In this document: positions 22,872-34,431 of the stretch, one piece after another
Position numbering within the stretch: the stretch's first letter is position 1
How the letters are laid out: each line of letters begins with the position of its first letter
The notes under the pieces: generated by a model
What the model was told of the DNA's origin: nothing
What the model saw: only the letters and a program-made list of their open reading frames with translations
Databases searched by the model: none
Position numbers and translations under genes: made by a program
Assembly (NCBI GenBank): GCA_965644495.1
Contig: CBFFSA010000011.1
Coordinates: 434,001 to 498,000, forward strand
From: Perkinsela sp. CCAP 1560/9
Lineage: Eukaryota; Protista; Euglenozoa: Kinetoplastea
DNA length: 64,000 bases
Reading direction: 5' to 3'

Positions 22872-22991
22872 TTTTTTTTCTGGCCTTCATGGTGCCAGGC
22901 CTGCCATGGCGCGTCTACTTCGCCGTGATAATGACGGGTTGGTGGACCCTCTCTAGGTAAGCCCAGATTAGGACTACCAACCCTCACATTA
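22872..22991 (-). repeat. 120-bp A-tailed structured repeat, copy 2
   Basis: Reverse complement of 17465-17584. Confidence 0.85.
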
Positions 22992-23060
22992 TCACCACCT
23001 ACGTATGCACCTAGATACTGGTTCCAGGCCGGTGGGTGACAGGCATGCCTTTGGGGCTGT

Positions 23061-23062
<2 letters not shown>

Positions 23063-23124
<62 letters not shown>

Positions 23125-23620
23125 TTGCTTCTCCCTCTCTCTCTCCCTCTCTGTTTCTTTCTCCCTCTCTTTCTTTCTCCTTTCTTTCTTTCTCCTTCTT
23201 TCTTTCTTTCTCCTTCTTTCTTTCTTTCTCCTTCTTTCTTTCTTTCTCCTTCTTTCTTTCTCCTTCTTTCTATCATTCTTCCAGTCATTCGTTTCTTATT
23301 CTTTCTTTTCTTCGCTCTTGCATTCATCCATTCATTCTCTCCATTGCTTTCTCGCTTTCCGTCACATTCTTTCTTTTCCTCGCTTCTTTCTCTTTCGTTC
23401 TTTCTCACTGTCTCCATCTTTTGCTATCTATCCCCCCCCCCTTTCTTTCTTTCTTTCTCTCTTACTTTCATTCATTCATTTCTTCATTTTTTCTTTCCTT
23501 CGCTCTTTCTTTATTCTTTGTTTACTTCGTTCATTCATTCCTTCATTCCTTCCTTTATTCTTTCTCTCACTTGCTTTCTTGCTTTCCGTGTCTTTCTTTC
23601 TTTCCTTCCATTCTTTCAAT
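23063..23620. repeat. (CT)n microsatellite and long polypyrimidine low-complexity tract
   Basis: About 29 CT units followed by TTTC/TTCC-rich sequence. Confidence 0.95.
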
Positions 23621-24654
23621 GCGTAAACTTAAAGTTTGCGTCGTATATCGGTTCTCCGCTCAATGGGTCCACCTATCTTCCTCACACTTCGCTTCAGTGA
23701 TACTAGGTATCAACGAAGCGACGCCGGGCTTGGAACCGGTATCTAGCGTGTTTAGGTAGGTGGTGATAAGTAATATTACCGTAGACCTCCCCCACGTAAT
23801 AGAGGTTTGGCCTTTATTGGGCTGACGTCCAGTAATAGAGGTTTGGCTCGGGAGACCCACAGGACACACTCTTTTTGCTGAACCCAGCACAGCTTTGTAA
23901 ACCGCTTCTTCCGTTTCGACCGCCGAGGGACTCGATATTCTTTCCATAAGAGCCTCGTCTCTCTACATTTGACACATTTTATAGTGTTCGAATAAATGAT
24001 GATATTTGTGATGATTAAGGAAATCAGAAATCACATGTAGCATGTACATGTGTAATTAGAACATTCGCAACTTATTGATACACCATCATTCATACCATAC
24101 AGTGCTCGTAATTTTTTGTGAAATAAAAATACTGTAAAATAAAAATTTCTAAATGTTAATTCGTGAACAAATCTCGAAGTGATGTTCCGGCCTGTTTTTA
24201 TTTGGTTGTTTTATTTTATTTTGGTTGTTCAATGAAAACGACCACCGCGTTTAACGAAGAATTGTATACGTAAGGAAATATACACGTGATTGTATGATCA
24301 CCTAAAGATAATATTCTAATGAAGATATTCAATGACTGCTAAAAAAGAAGAAAAAGTAACGCGACCTCCTGATTCTGGGTGGTTTTCCGAATAACTTGCT
24401 CTGTCAAACACGCTTCTGACATTTGTTCTTTGGTTCGAAGTTTCTTCCTTAGTTTCCTTCTCTATTTCAGCATGAGGGTGTAGATGACTACGGTCAAAGT
24501 ACAGGAATATTGCATAAGTATAGGAATATTGCATAACTCTATTTTTGACCCCCCACCCCTTAATATGAGTTTCTTGATTTCGGTAGACAATTATAACCGT
24601 TGTATAGATCTGCGATTACACTGTCGGGAAACCACCTATTTTTTGTAATTTGAA

Positions 24655-25082
24655 ACAAATTTTTACAAAGTCAAGGGTGGTATATTTCTCGAAAATATAC
24701 GATTTATTTTATTTGTTACGTGTCTCACAGACTTGTATCCCCGGGAAAATGGAATACCGAACATATGGACGCTATAACGTACCCTAATCTGTCACTTTGA
24801 ACTACTTTTACTTCAAATGAAGACTTCACATATAAGGGGTGACCCTTCTAAAATGCTCTAAAATGGCCACTTTTCGTGGATTTTGCTTAAAAAAGCCCAT
24901 TTTCACCTGTTTTTGGCTACTTTGGCGGGGTCACCGCCTATATGCAACTTTTCCATTTTTAGAAAATGTGATGTGCGTATATACTTGGAGTCTCATCTAC
25001 AAGGAAAAGGATTTGTAAGATCCAATACAGGTGGGATCTTGCCAGAAGAAATTTTTCAAAAGTTAAAAAAAAATTAGAGGGG
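24655..25082. repeat. Dispersed Merlin-associated internal segment (also ~60245-60688; 3' half at 34151-34430 and 46187-46466)
   Basis: Near-identical AAGGGGTGACCCTTCTAAAATG...AAATTAGAGGGG blocks. Confidence 0.85.
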
Positions 25083-25089
25083 GCCGCCC

Positions 25090-25379
25090 GCACATTTATA
25101 ATGCATACTAAGCGGCACATTTATAATGCATACTAAGCGGCACATTTATAATGCATATAGCACATTCACATGCATATAGCACATTCAGATGCATAACAGC
25201 ACATTCACATGCATATAGCACATTCAAATGCATATTTACTGCACATTGATAATGCATACTAAGCGGCACATTCACATGCATAACAGCACATTCACATGCA
25301 TAACAGCACATTCAGATGCATATAGCACATTCACATGCATATAGCACATTCACATGCATATAGCACATTCACATGCATA
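25090..25379. repeat. 19/25-bp tandem repeats upstream of the IS30-like ORF
   Basis: GCACATTCACATGCATATA and GCGGCACATTTATAATGCATACTAA units. Confidence 0.9.
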
Positions 25380-25411
25380 ATTCTACGTTTTTCTCTCAGC
25401 TTTCTGTTTCA

Positions 25412-25936
25412 ATGGCACAATCAAAAAAGCGTATGGATCATGAAGATCGCACTAAAATAGAGGTGCTATACAACCAGAAAGGTTTCTCGCAGGAGGAAAT
25501 AGCCGCAAAGTTGTCTGTAAATCAGTCAACGCTGAGCCGCGAGCTCACGAGAGGTATGCGTAACGGGGAGTATAATGCGAAGCGCGCGCAACGAGCGGCA
25601 AACACATCCATTTCCTCGCGGAAACACAAGCATCAGAAAATACAAGGTGATGTGCAAGAGAAGGTGATTGCTTTGCTGGGGAAGAGATTTAGCCCACAGC
25701 AAATCGCTACAACTCTCTTTAAGGAAGATGGGGTAAAGATTTCTCGTGTAGCCGTTTATGGATTCATCAAACGGGAAGACAGAGCAGGGAATTTAGTTCA
25801 GTTCCTGCGCCGGGGGGGAGGTCGCGGTAGAAGGCGACGGGGTACAAATCGCCTGAAAATACCGAATCGAACTGACATAAGCGAGCGCACAGGTTTCGAC
25901 AATACTCGCTCCAGATATGGAGATTGGGAGTGTGAC
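25412..25936 (+). pseudogene. IS30-family transposase, N-terminal part (HTH to first catalytic D)
   Basis: SQEEIAAKLSVNQSTLSREL, YNAKRAQ, SPQQIA, ISRVAVY, R.YGDWECD; interrupted after 25936. Confidence 0.88.
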
Positions 25937-28900
25937 GGCACTTCCGCCGGCAGAAGAGGTTACAGTTCAAGTGTATTGATTTATGTATTGAGTTCGGTGG
26001 GGTGTAGCAAAAATCCATTATTTCATAGATGGAAGGTCATGAAAGTGAAGGATGAAGATAGGTGGAAGGTCAGTAGGAATATGTGGTTCACCGACGGGAA
26101 TGGGTGTAAGCATAAAAACGCGAGAGGAGTGTTCTGGGGGGAAAGGTGGAGAAGAAATCTCAACCGGTATGCTCTTTAGCCGAGAAGTGCAACATAAAGT
26201 TGGAATTGCAACAGAAAGGTGAACGACAACGACGTGCTACTAATAATTTTTGAAGACATTCATGATTTTTGCGATTGCACTTAAAGGAAGGACATGTTAT
26301 ATTAAGTTTTTTAGTAAGTGCCAACTTTACTGAGTAGTGACTAACTTTACGTTTTTTATGCATAAAACTGAAAATGGGGTATACGTCAAAGAGAGGAAAT
26401 TCAACCCTTTGACTTAACGTCAAAAACCGAAAAAGAGGGAAAAGTCAGGGGGGGGGGGAGATCAGTCAGGGAGGAAGTGTAGCGTTGATGAAGGTGCAGA
26501 GTCGTGCGTATTTTTTAACCTTTGAAGACAAAATTAGGAACCTAATCTTTAATTTATCCTTTACGTATTCCTTTAACTACTGTTTTTACGAAATGTTTCT
26601 TAAAAAGCGAATTCTCCTTTGCCTCAACGGATTACAGAGGAACATTTTCCGCATTCTCAAAGCCGTCTACTTCTATTCGCGAATCTCTATTCGGACATTT
26701 ACGTCCTCTCTTTTTTCTAGCATCCTCTTTTGCGCGAAGCTCGCCCATTATCTCATCATGCGACTTCACGTCCTCCACGCATTCCTTGTAGCAAAGTCTG
26801 TTCTGATACGCAACCCGTAACTGATTAAAATCTCGAGGAAATCTATACTGGTCCTCATTTTCTTTGACCACGGAGCTGAATCTTGATAAAACTTTCGGCC
26901 AAGGTATGTGCCTCGAAGATTTGTCGCGCACTTCATCGATGACACATTGCAGGAGCAAGCGCACTTCAAGGAGATTGAATTTCACGATCACGTTTCTTTG
27001 GCGAGGATCAATTCTTGGAGCATGTAAATGTGTTGCCAGGTGACATGCGTTGCTATTTCCTGTCGCGGTAAAATGTTGTACAGGTAAGTCATCAACCATT
27101 ATGATCTCGTGCGCCCCCAAACCTACATCAAAATCTGTATCAAAAGTTTTAAATATTCTTGCACCAGGGATATCAAGTACGCAAACACCGCATATTCTGT
27201 GCCTCTGCGGAGTTGGTGATACGGAATCGAAAGGAACTACTAGATATGGTACGTGTGAAAGCTCGTGCAGAACGAGTACAGTGCTTGAAATGACATTGGC
27301 AAGAGAGCGAACTAGGGGAAGAAATAATTGCCAGTGCGAGACCTTGGTTATAACTTCCTCGACGTCATTCTCGGGCTTGCTCAAGTGTTCAAGAACTCGT
27401 TCGAACGTCGTATCTTTGTCCACCCGCGATGTATCGCACCGCAGAATACAGGGATCTCCCGCACACAAGTATTCAAGTGTGCTCATCATTGACGCTGCGG
27501 TGCACTCTCCACCTAGGAAACGCACCTTTTCCTCGTGCTTAGTTGGTGTAGCAGAAAGTGCGAAGTTAAATTCCACATCGTCTTTGCCAAGAAATACGGG
27601 CTCGCAACCAAACTTATTTTGCGCCCAGCTGCGAACATTACTCAGCTGATTGTCAGACAAGGAATGCGGGATAAGTGCATATCCATCCCCAGATTCAACA
27701 GGGTGAACATATTGTGTGAAGAACAGTTCATGAGTCGTTAGTTGTTTCGCCACAGGGAGAAGTCCAAATGGACTATTACATAATCTTGCATCGTCCGCCC
27801 CCAGGAAGAGAGAAGAGAAGGTTTCTTTCAAGGTTCGAAACAACAGAGCGTCGAAACACATCATATCCGGCGCTGATTTGAATCTCACAGCACATTTCAC
27901 ATTACTTCGATAAATAAAGCTCCTTGTCAGCGCGTCTACAGTTTCTGCTGAGCTACGCGCGCGAAGCTTCACTTTAGCTTTCAAACGAGAATAAAAACTT
28001 TCACAAATGTTGGTTCCTCGGCTGGAACGATACACCATATTCTTATCCACGCGCGTCAAATTCACATCTGTAGGGTCACTGAGGCAGTCCCGCTCGATGT
28101 GGGCTATTGCGTACGGCCAGAGAGAAGCTAACTTGGGGTTCCATGTAAAGATGTCCGAATATTTTTCCTTCAGGAGTTCCATTTTAGAAAGCAATTTTGC
28201 CGGACGTGGAATAACTTTCTCATGCGCATCAAGATGTTCCTTTTTTGACAAAGCGATAGTAAGAGGCTCTACTACAGATCGGCAAAGCTCGGTGTAAAAC
28301 ATTTTCTGCCGATTTGATGCTGAAGTGCGTGGGATAACAGCTGCGAAACGGTGCAGCCAATGCCATAAATCGCATTTAATATGTGCAGATGGAAAGTGGC
28401 GTTGTATTTTAGAACGCACTGTGCAACAGTTGTCAACATATATAACCATTGCTTTGCTTCCTGGACGTGATGCTATGTTTGAAAGAACATTGTGCAAAGT
28501 GTCAAAACTTTCATTTCGAGTATATACGGCAGCCAAAATCTCACCAATTTCATTGTGAACAACAAAGTGAGAACGAAACGGTGCTTCCCCACGCAGTCGA
28601 ATGCACTTTGCGGTCTCGAAAGTATGATCCGTTGCAAGCACTGTACCAGTCAGCTCGGACATATAGTTGTCACACTCCACCTGGCGCTGCTGGAGTAATG
28701 AAATCAAAACATCCTGAAAATGATCCACTGATGGAGTCATCCATTCTTGTGAAATTCGATTTGAAATCGCTTCCACGCAATTAGGATCCCAGCGAAATTC
28801 AAATTTTTCCGTGTGCTTTAATTCAAAAATGTGTCTTTCATCGCGCTTATTACTCAGATACTGCAACGTCCGCTGATGGTAATCGACGGCATACACTTCT

Positions 28901-30010
28901 TGCAGAATACCTTGAAATTCACTCATATTAGAACCACTAGATCCTATTGCCATAATGGCCGTTGAAAGTCGTCTAGTCATCCCCAATTTTTCAGTTTTAA
29001 TATTAGGAAAGGAATTTCGTGCCTTGTGGGACAGGCTGGAAATTAAGCTCTTTTCATCACTTGATATTACCTTACGACACTCAGTGCTACGACATTGATA
29101 CACTTCACAAAGATAGTACATTGGTGTCGAAAGATCAAAAATCCGACGCACAGGAGAAAGCTTCATGAAAGTCAACCGCTCTTTGCAATGAAGACAGTGT
29201 AGGCTTTCTTTTTCGCCTTGGCGCATGGGCGCCCATATGATCCATGGCAAGGTAAAAAGCGTTTCCAATGAACTCCTAGGCTCCGGAGAAAAGAACCAAA
29301 GGGAAGTACATGTAGTTTTTGTTTTTAATTCTTCGTATGCCCTTCGAATTGCCGTGACTTGATGTGAAGACATTCCTGTTTCGAGCAAATGCGTCCAGTA
29401 TTTTGTCACTTCTGTTCGTTCGTGTGTGGTTTCTTCTGGGCGAGAAGCGAACCGACAAAGCTCCGAATTTTCGGCTACTACACGCGAAAGGGTGGTTGAA
29501 AGTTCGTTGTTCCTTTTTTCCATTTCCTCAATTTGTGTTTCTAGCTTTTTGATGCTTCCCGTAAGTTGCTTCTTTTCCTTGGCCATTGTTTGGATGACGT
29601 TCAGTAGGTCCGTTTCACAAGACATGACTTAAATAATCAGAAATCTAGAAATGATTTTTAGAGTACCAGGAAGGTTCAATAGTTTTGTTTGTAAAGTGAT
29701 CATCTTGAACAGTCAGGGTACAATAGCTGAGGCTTTAAACTCTCAAATATGTACTAGAAATCGTTTCTGGGAAAACAATTTTGACGAAATTAAAAAATTA
29801 TTGGACTACAAAAAAATTAGGTATGAAGTTCAGACTCAATAGTACACAACTTTCATAGGAACTATTAAGTTCAGACTCAATAATAGAAACACACTTCAGT
29901 TACTATTGAGTTTACTATTGAGTTTTAGCAATCCAGATGCGTGCAACTCAATAGAGAACTCACTAGTGACTCTTCAACCCAATAGTTGCTGTCACTATGG
30001 CGGAACTAAC
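25937..30010 (-). mobile_element. 4074-bp DDE transposon with 8-bp TSD and short imperfect TIR
   Basis: TSD AGTGTGAC at 25929-25936 and 30011-30018; ends GGCACTTCCGCC and GGCGGAACTAAC. Confidence 0.9.
26632..29625 (-). CDS. 997-aa putative DDE transposase of the (C/D)xxH type
   Basis: N-terminal coiled coil, CxxC...CxxxxC Zn ribbon, ATDHTF (D), YVDNCC (D), CDLWH, RGTNICESF (E); intact ORF. Confidence 0.75.
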   Translation of the reverse strand: MSCETDLLNVIQTMAKEKKQLTGSIKKLETQIEEMEKRNNELSTTLSRVVAENSELCRFASRPEETTHERTEVTKYWTHLLETGMSSHQVTAIRRAYEELKTKTTCTSLWFFSPEPRSSLETLFTLPWIIWAPMRQGEKESLHCLHCKERLTFMKLSPVRRIFDLSTPMYYLCEVYQCRSTECRKVISSDEKSLISSLSHKARNSFPNIKTEKLGMTRRLSTAIMAIGSSGSNMSEFQGILQEVYAVDYHQRTLQYLSNKRDERHIFELKHTEKFEFRWDPNCVEAISNRISQEWMTPSVDHFQDVLISLLQQRQVECDNYMSELTGTVLATDHTFETAKCIRLRGEAPFRSHFVVHNEIGEILAAVYTRNESFDTLHNVLSNIASRPGSKAMVIYVDNCCTVRSKIQRHFPSAHIKCDLWHWLHRFAAVIPRTSASNRQKMFYTELCRSVVEPLTIALSKKEHLDAHEKVIPRPAKLLSKMELLKEKYSDIFTWNPKLASLWPYAIAHIERDCLSDPTDVNLTRVDKNMVYRSSRGTNICESFYSRLKAKVKLRARSSAETVDALTRSFIYRSNVKCAVRFKSAPDMMCFDALLFRTLKETFSSLFLGADDARLCNSPFGLLPVAKQLTTHELFFTQYVHPVESGDGYALIPHSLSDNQLSNVRSWAQNKFGCEPVFLGKDDVEFNFALSATPTKHEEKVRFLGGECTAASMMSTLEYLCAGDPCILRCDTSRVDKDTTFERVLEHLSKPENDVEEVITKVSHWQLFLPLVRSLANVISSTVLVLHELSHVPYLVVPFDSVSPTPQRHRICGVCVLDIPGARIFKTFDTDFDVGLGAHEIIMVDDLPVQHFTATGNSNACHLATHLHAPRIDPRQRNVIVKFNLLEVRLLLQCVIDEVRDKSSRHIPWPKVLSRFSSVVKENEDQYRFPRDFNQLRVAYQNRLCYKECVEDVKSHDEIMGELRAKEDARKKRGRKCPNRDSRIEVDGFENAENVPL

Positions 30011-30018
30011 AGTGTGAC

Positions 30019-30474
30019 TTGATTGAAGGCGCGCAACATAGTGGCTATTTTCTCAGTTTAGTGGAGAGAAAAAGCCGCTACGGAGTTCTTCGGAAGTTGG
30101 AGAACAAGAAATCAGAAATTGTGGCCGAGGAGGTCACTCGTGCTCTGCAGGGGTTCCAAGTTTTCACTATCACGTACGACAATGGAACCGAGTTCGCGAA
30201 ACACGAACTAGTGAACGCTTCGTTGGGCTGTCAATCATTCTTTTGTCAGCCCTACGCAAGTTGGGAGAAAGGGGGCGTTGAAAATTACAATGGTCTTGTT
30301 CGTGATTTCTACCCTAAGCGAACATCGTTCACCCACATCACGCAAGCTGCGCTTGATACGACATCTGCAGCCATCAACGAACGACCAAAAGATGTCCTGG
30401 AGAACAATTCGCCTATTGAATTGATCGAAAATATCAAGGTTATCTCCCCTCCTATGCTTCGTCCAGGCTTTTGA
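30019..30474 (+). pseudogene. IS30-family transposase, C-terminal catalytic part
   Basis: LVERKSRY, TITYDNGTEFAKH, FCQPYASWEKGGVENYNGLVRDFYPK; in frame with 25412-25936 once the insert and one TSD are removed. Confidence 0.92.
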
Positions 30475-32357
30475 TGGACAGCTCACAGGATTCGCAGTAG
30501 TACGCTCGGATAGAATTCAAAGGATTTGCTCAAAAGATATTGCGTGAATATGGTAGCGCGCTTCAACCCTCATGAGTTCCAATTTTGCAAGGATGTCAAA
30601 CAAATTTGTTTCGAGGGGACATTCATATAGCAGGTCTGTTATAAACGCAAGCTGCTCTTTACAAAAAAAATTCCGATCAGGAGCCCAATGTAACATCCCA
30701 ATGAATCGCAGGATTGGATATAATGTACGATTGAGGAACTTGGGAGTGTATCATCAGACAAAGTGCGATGAAGAGATGGGACCGAGGTTTTCGTACATTC
30801 GTACTTGTCGCCTCCGTCTCAACGCGTGTCAAGACTTTTTTGATCTATACTCACCGTTTAAACCGCCGAATACCCCCCGAATGCCTTCTGCAGTGCACTG
30901 ATTTGGAAGAATATTCTATTCTCAGGTGTGTTACTGTGATGGGTTGTTGTTGCGATTGTTTGTAGTTGTCGGGATATGGCAACATGGCCGATGCTTGTAG
31001 TAGAAGCATTGCTATGTAAATTCTACAACTTTGATAGAGAGACTTTGATAGAGAGAGAAGTTGGAGCATGAAAATTGTTTCCGGCATGCTTATTATACTT
31101 TGATGCCGATTGCTTTTTTTGCCCTCCTTTTTTACCAAGGAGTTTTTAGCGTCGCTTTGTCAAAACGGTCAGCATTAGGATGGGGAGGAAATGGGGGATT
31201 ACTTTAGGAGTATGGCGTGTGCTGGCGAATTCATTCGTGAAATCTTTTCCTGATAGTGATAGATTATCCTGATAATGACAATGATAGATTATCTGTATGC
31301 ATCGTAGTAAATACACATCATTCACGAATTCATATCAAATACAGTGGTTTCAGTTAATCTTGCCCCCCCCCGCTCGGAATTTTGATTTTTTTAATCCATT
31401 TTTGCTCATCTTTGCAGCATTGGACAGATCTCGTTCCCCTAGCGAAGAGCTTTGCCGCCTTTTTTTCATAGAGACCCCCTGGTGCCCCTTGGGTGACCCG
31501 AAAGTTGACCAAAATAATAAAAAATGATATTTTTTTACCATATCAAAAATGGAACGAAAAACGGATTTTATGTCCAAAAGTTAACTCTAAAGGAAAAGAA
31601 CTAGTATCCGGAATGGCCTCCATTGTTTTGCAACACCTTTTGAAGTCTATTAGGGACTGAATCAATTGTGTTGCACACTTTACGTTTTTCTTGAGGACGT
31701 TTTAGAATCTGAAAAGCTTTTTTAATGGCATCGGCGAGGGTAGCATGATTGTGGGGCTTAATTTTTTTCTTTATGATACCGTTCATTTGTTTCCAAACAT
31801 TTTCTTTTGGATTTAAATCAGGCGAATTCGCTGGCCAAGACAATTGTTTAATACGATATTTAATCAATTCACCTTTTGCCAAGTTATGGGTGGTAGCATT
31901 ATCCATTTGCACAGTCACATTGTCAACGTGGTCTTTGAGATAATGTAAAAACCCATTAGGCTTCTGAAAGGAGTCAAGGATCACTCCCCCAGTGACCTTG
32001 TGCGCGTTTTCATAAGTTGTATTGTCATTGGGTTCAAGCACGTGCAAGAAAAATCCGTGTTCTACACTAATACCCATCCAAGCCATTACCCCCTTCCCCC
32101 CATACCACCTACGGTTTCTGCAGCGAGGTTTTCTTTGGCACCCTTGAGGTCCAATGAAAAACTGAGACCCATGAACCCCACAGGTAAACAACTTTTCATC
32201 GGTCCAAATGATTTTGTTTAAATCTTCTTTAGGCCATGTAAGCAATTCGTTTGCTAATCTCAAACGCTGCGACTTGTGTTCCTCAGGTAGGTCACAGTTC
32301 GGCGACTTAGCCCATCTACCGTAATCAATATTTTTTAAAATAGTTCTTATTTTGTTT

Positions 32358-33431
32358 CAGGGTTCGCAGAAACTATAAAACTATCAATATAGTACTATAT
32401 AGTTACTATAAACTTTTTTCGAAAACTATAAAAAACTATATTTTTTTGTTTCACATTTTAGGCACTCCGAAGCTCACCAACACGCCATAAATACACGGCG
32501 AATTCATTTGTGTACGATTTTTCTTATTTTTAAACCCGAAAATTGATGCCCGAAATAAAAGTTACGAGGGGTAGTTTCTGCAAAGATTATTTTATTGAAC
32601 TGCTGCACACGGAGGAAAGTAAACAAGCGGTTGAATGTAACTAGTGTCAGGAGGGGACGTACCCCAGTCCCATCGTGTGGCCTTGACAGATTGCCTTGTG
32701 CGAATCTTGCGTCCCGAACATCTTCTCACTGCATCGCTGTCGCCGCGCGTTGGCTGGAGCCACCGACGTTATGTCTTGGGACTGAATAACTGCTGCTCAC
32801 AATTCTATGAGTTTGAATAAATACAATCATATGAGTCTGAATAAATTACGCGGTGTGTTGTCGAGTGGAGAGTTTGCACTTCCTTTCACTCCTTTCGCGT
32901 GCGTTTCATTGCTATTTCCGAGGAGATGACACACTAGTTGATGATATTTTTCGGTGGTGATGGAATCGCGGGGAAGAGGAAGGATGTTTCGATAGCTATG
33001 TAACCCAGGATAAAGTGGACGAGGGAGGTTCTAAAAGCACCTTTAAACCACCACAAAAATGGAATGATATCTCCCGGTTTGTAAAGGATTCCGACGTGCC
33101 AAAAGAATCTTTAAGGGACAAACCCTTCCATTTTTATGGTGGTTTGCCAAAGGTGCTTTTAGTATCTCCCTTGTCCACTTTAGCTTGGGTTACATTTTTT
33201 TCAGAATTTTTTGTCATATCATACGTATGTAAGCGTGTAAGAACGCATGTAGAGGCGTGTGTATGTCCATCACAAGCGGAGAGGACTCAAAAAATATCAC
33301 TTGTAAAGTGAAAAAAACTTTATAGTTTTCTTATAGTTTTATAGTAAAATATAGTAAATATAGTACTATATAGTAACTATATTCAATGAAAAAAACTATA
33401 TTTTACTATATTATAGTTTCTGCGAACCCTG
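32358..33431. mobile_element. Non-autonomous hAT-like element, 1074 bp
   Basis: TIR CAGGGTTCGCAGAAACTATAA; 8-bp TSD TTTTGTTT (32350-32357, 33432-33439); ACTATA subterminal repeats. Confidence 0.9.
32998..33195. repeat. ~200-bp imperfect fold-back inside the hAT MITE
   Basis: ATGTAACCCA..TAAAGTGGAC..CTAAAAGCACCTTT pairs with AAAGGTGCTTTTAG..GTCCACTTTA..TGGGTTACAT. Confidence 0.85.
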
Positions 33432-34431
33432 TTTTGTTTAACGAACATTTATACCCCATATTCAGCGCTTGCTCGTGTATCCAAGTATAAGTTAAGCAAC
33501 CATCGTACGTTTCGTTTTCATCATCCACAATTTTTTTTACAAGGTCCTTAAACCGCCTTGATGATTTTTTTCCTGGGGATTTTTGGGGTGTAAGATCTTC
33601 TCCTTCCTTCCACAGGTTAACAATTCTTCTTATGGTGCGACGGTCACGTCCGAAATTATTAGATAATTTATGTATATGTTGCTTTATTATTTCTTTTCTC
33701 TCGCAAAGAGGTAATGCCACGGTTCCTTTGTGGGATATTGGGGGATTGTCTTCTCTTTTGTCATTCCATCCTTGTACGTACTCCCCCTGTTTGGGGTTAG
33801 AGGGTCTGGTCTGCATAATGTAGAGGTGTTGACTATATTAAATTAGGCGATAGGGATGGTACTAGACATAGAGCTTTCAAATTATCAATTTAGAACACTA
33901 TTACTCGTACTTACATGTTCAAAATGTACAAAAAATCGGGAAAATGTGACAAAAAATGGTTGTGTACACAGAAAACGTCCAAAAAAACAGTGTTTTTCGG
34001 ACCCAGGGGGCACCAGAGGGTCTCTATGAAAAAAAGGCGGCAAAGCTCTTCGCTAGGGGAACGAGATCTGTCCAATGCTGCAAAGATGAGCAAAAATGGA
34101 TAAAAAGAATCAAAATTCCGAGGGGGGGGCAAGATCAACTGAAACCACTGTATAAGGGGTGACCCTTCTAAAATGCCCTAAAATGGCCACTTTTCGTGGA
34201 TTTTGCTTAAAAAAGCCCATTTTCACCTGTTTTTGGCTACTTTGGCGGGGTCACCCCCTATATGCAACTCCATATGCTACTCCCTCTATATGCAATTCCA
34301 TTTTTATAAAATGTGATGTGCGTATATACTTTGGAGTCTCATCTACAAGGAAAAGGATTTGTAAGATCCAATACAGGTGGGATCTTGCCAGGAGAAATTT
34401 TTCAAAAGTTAAAAAAAAATTAGAGGGGCTC

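Larger units (their letters stand above)
31601..33816 (-). pseudogene. Tc1 transposase (377 aa when reconstructed), split into 33432-33816 and 31601-32349
   Basis: Removing 32358-33439 gives an open frame ...CSLNKIRTILKNIDYG...QRLRLANE... Confidence 0.88.
31342..34150 (-). mobile_element. Tc1-like transposon (DD32E) with ~150-bp TIRs, TA at both ends, interrupted by a hAT-type MITE
   Basis: TA|CAGTGGTTTCAG ... CTGAAACCACTG|TA; WTDEK, MDNATTH, SPDLNPKENVW. Confidence 0.92.

Noticed and set aside
22276-22960. Repeat proteins in several frames
   Set aside because: Open only because the 96-bp unit lacks stops; no domain evidence.
22992-23759. ORFs of 112-231 aa
   Set aside because: Translations of the CT/polypyrimidine tract.
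25937-26179. C-terminus of the 268-aa ORF as part of the IS30 transposase
   Set aside because: Read-through into the inserted element after the TSD.
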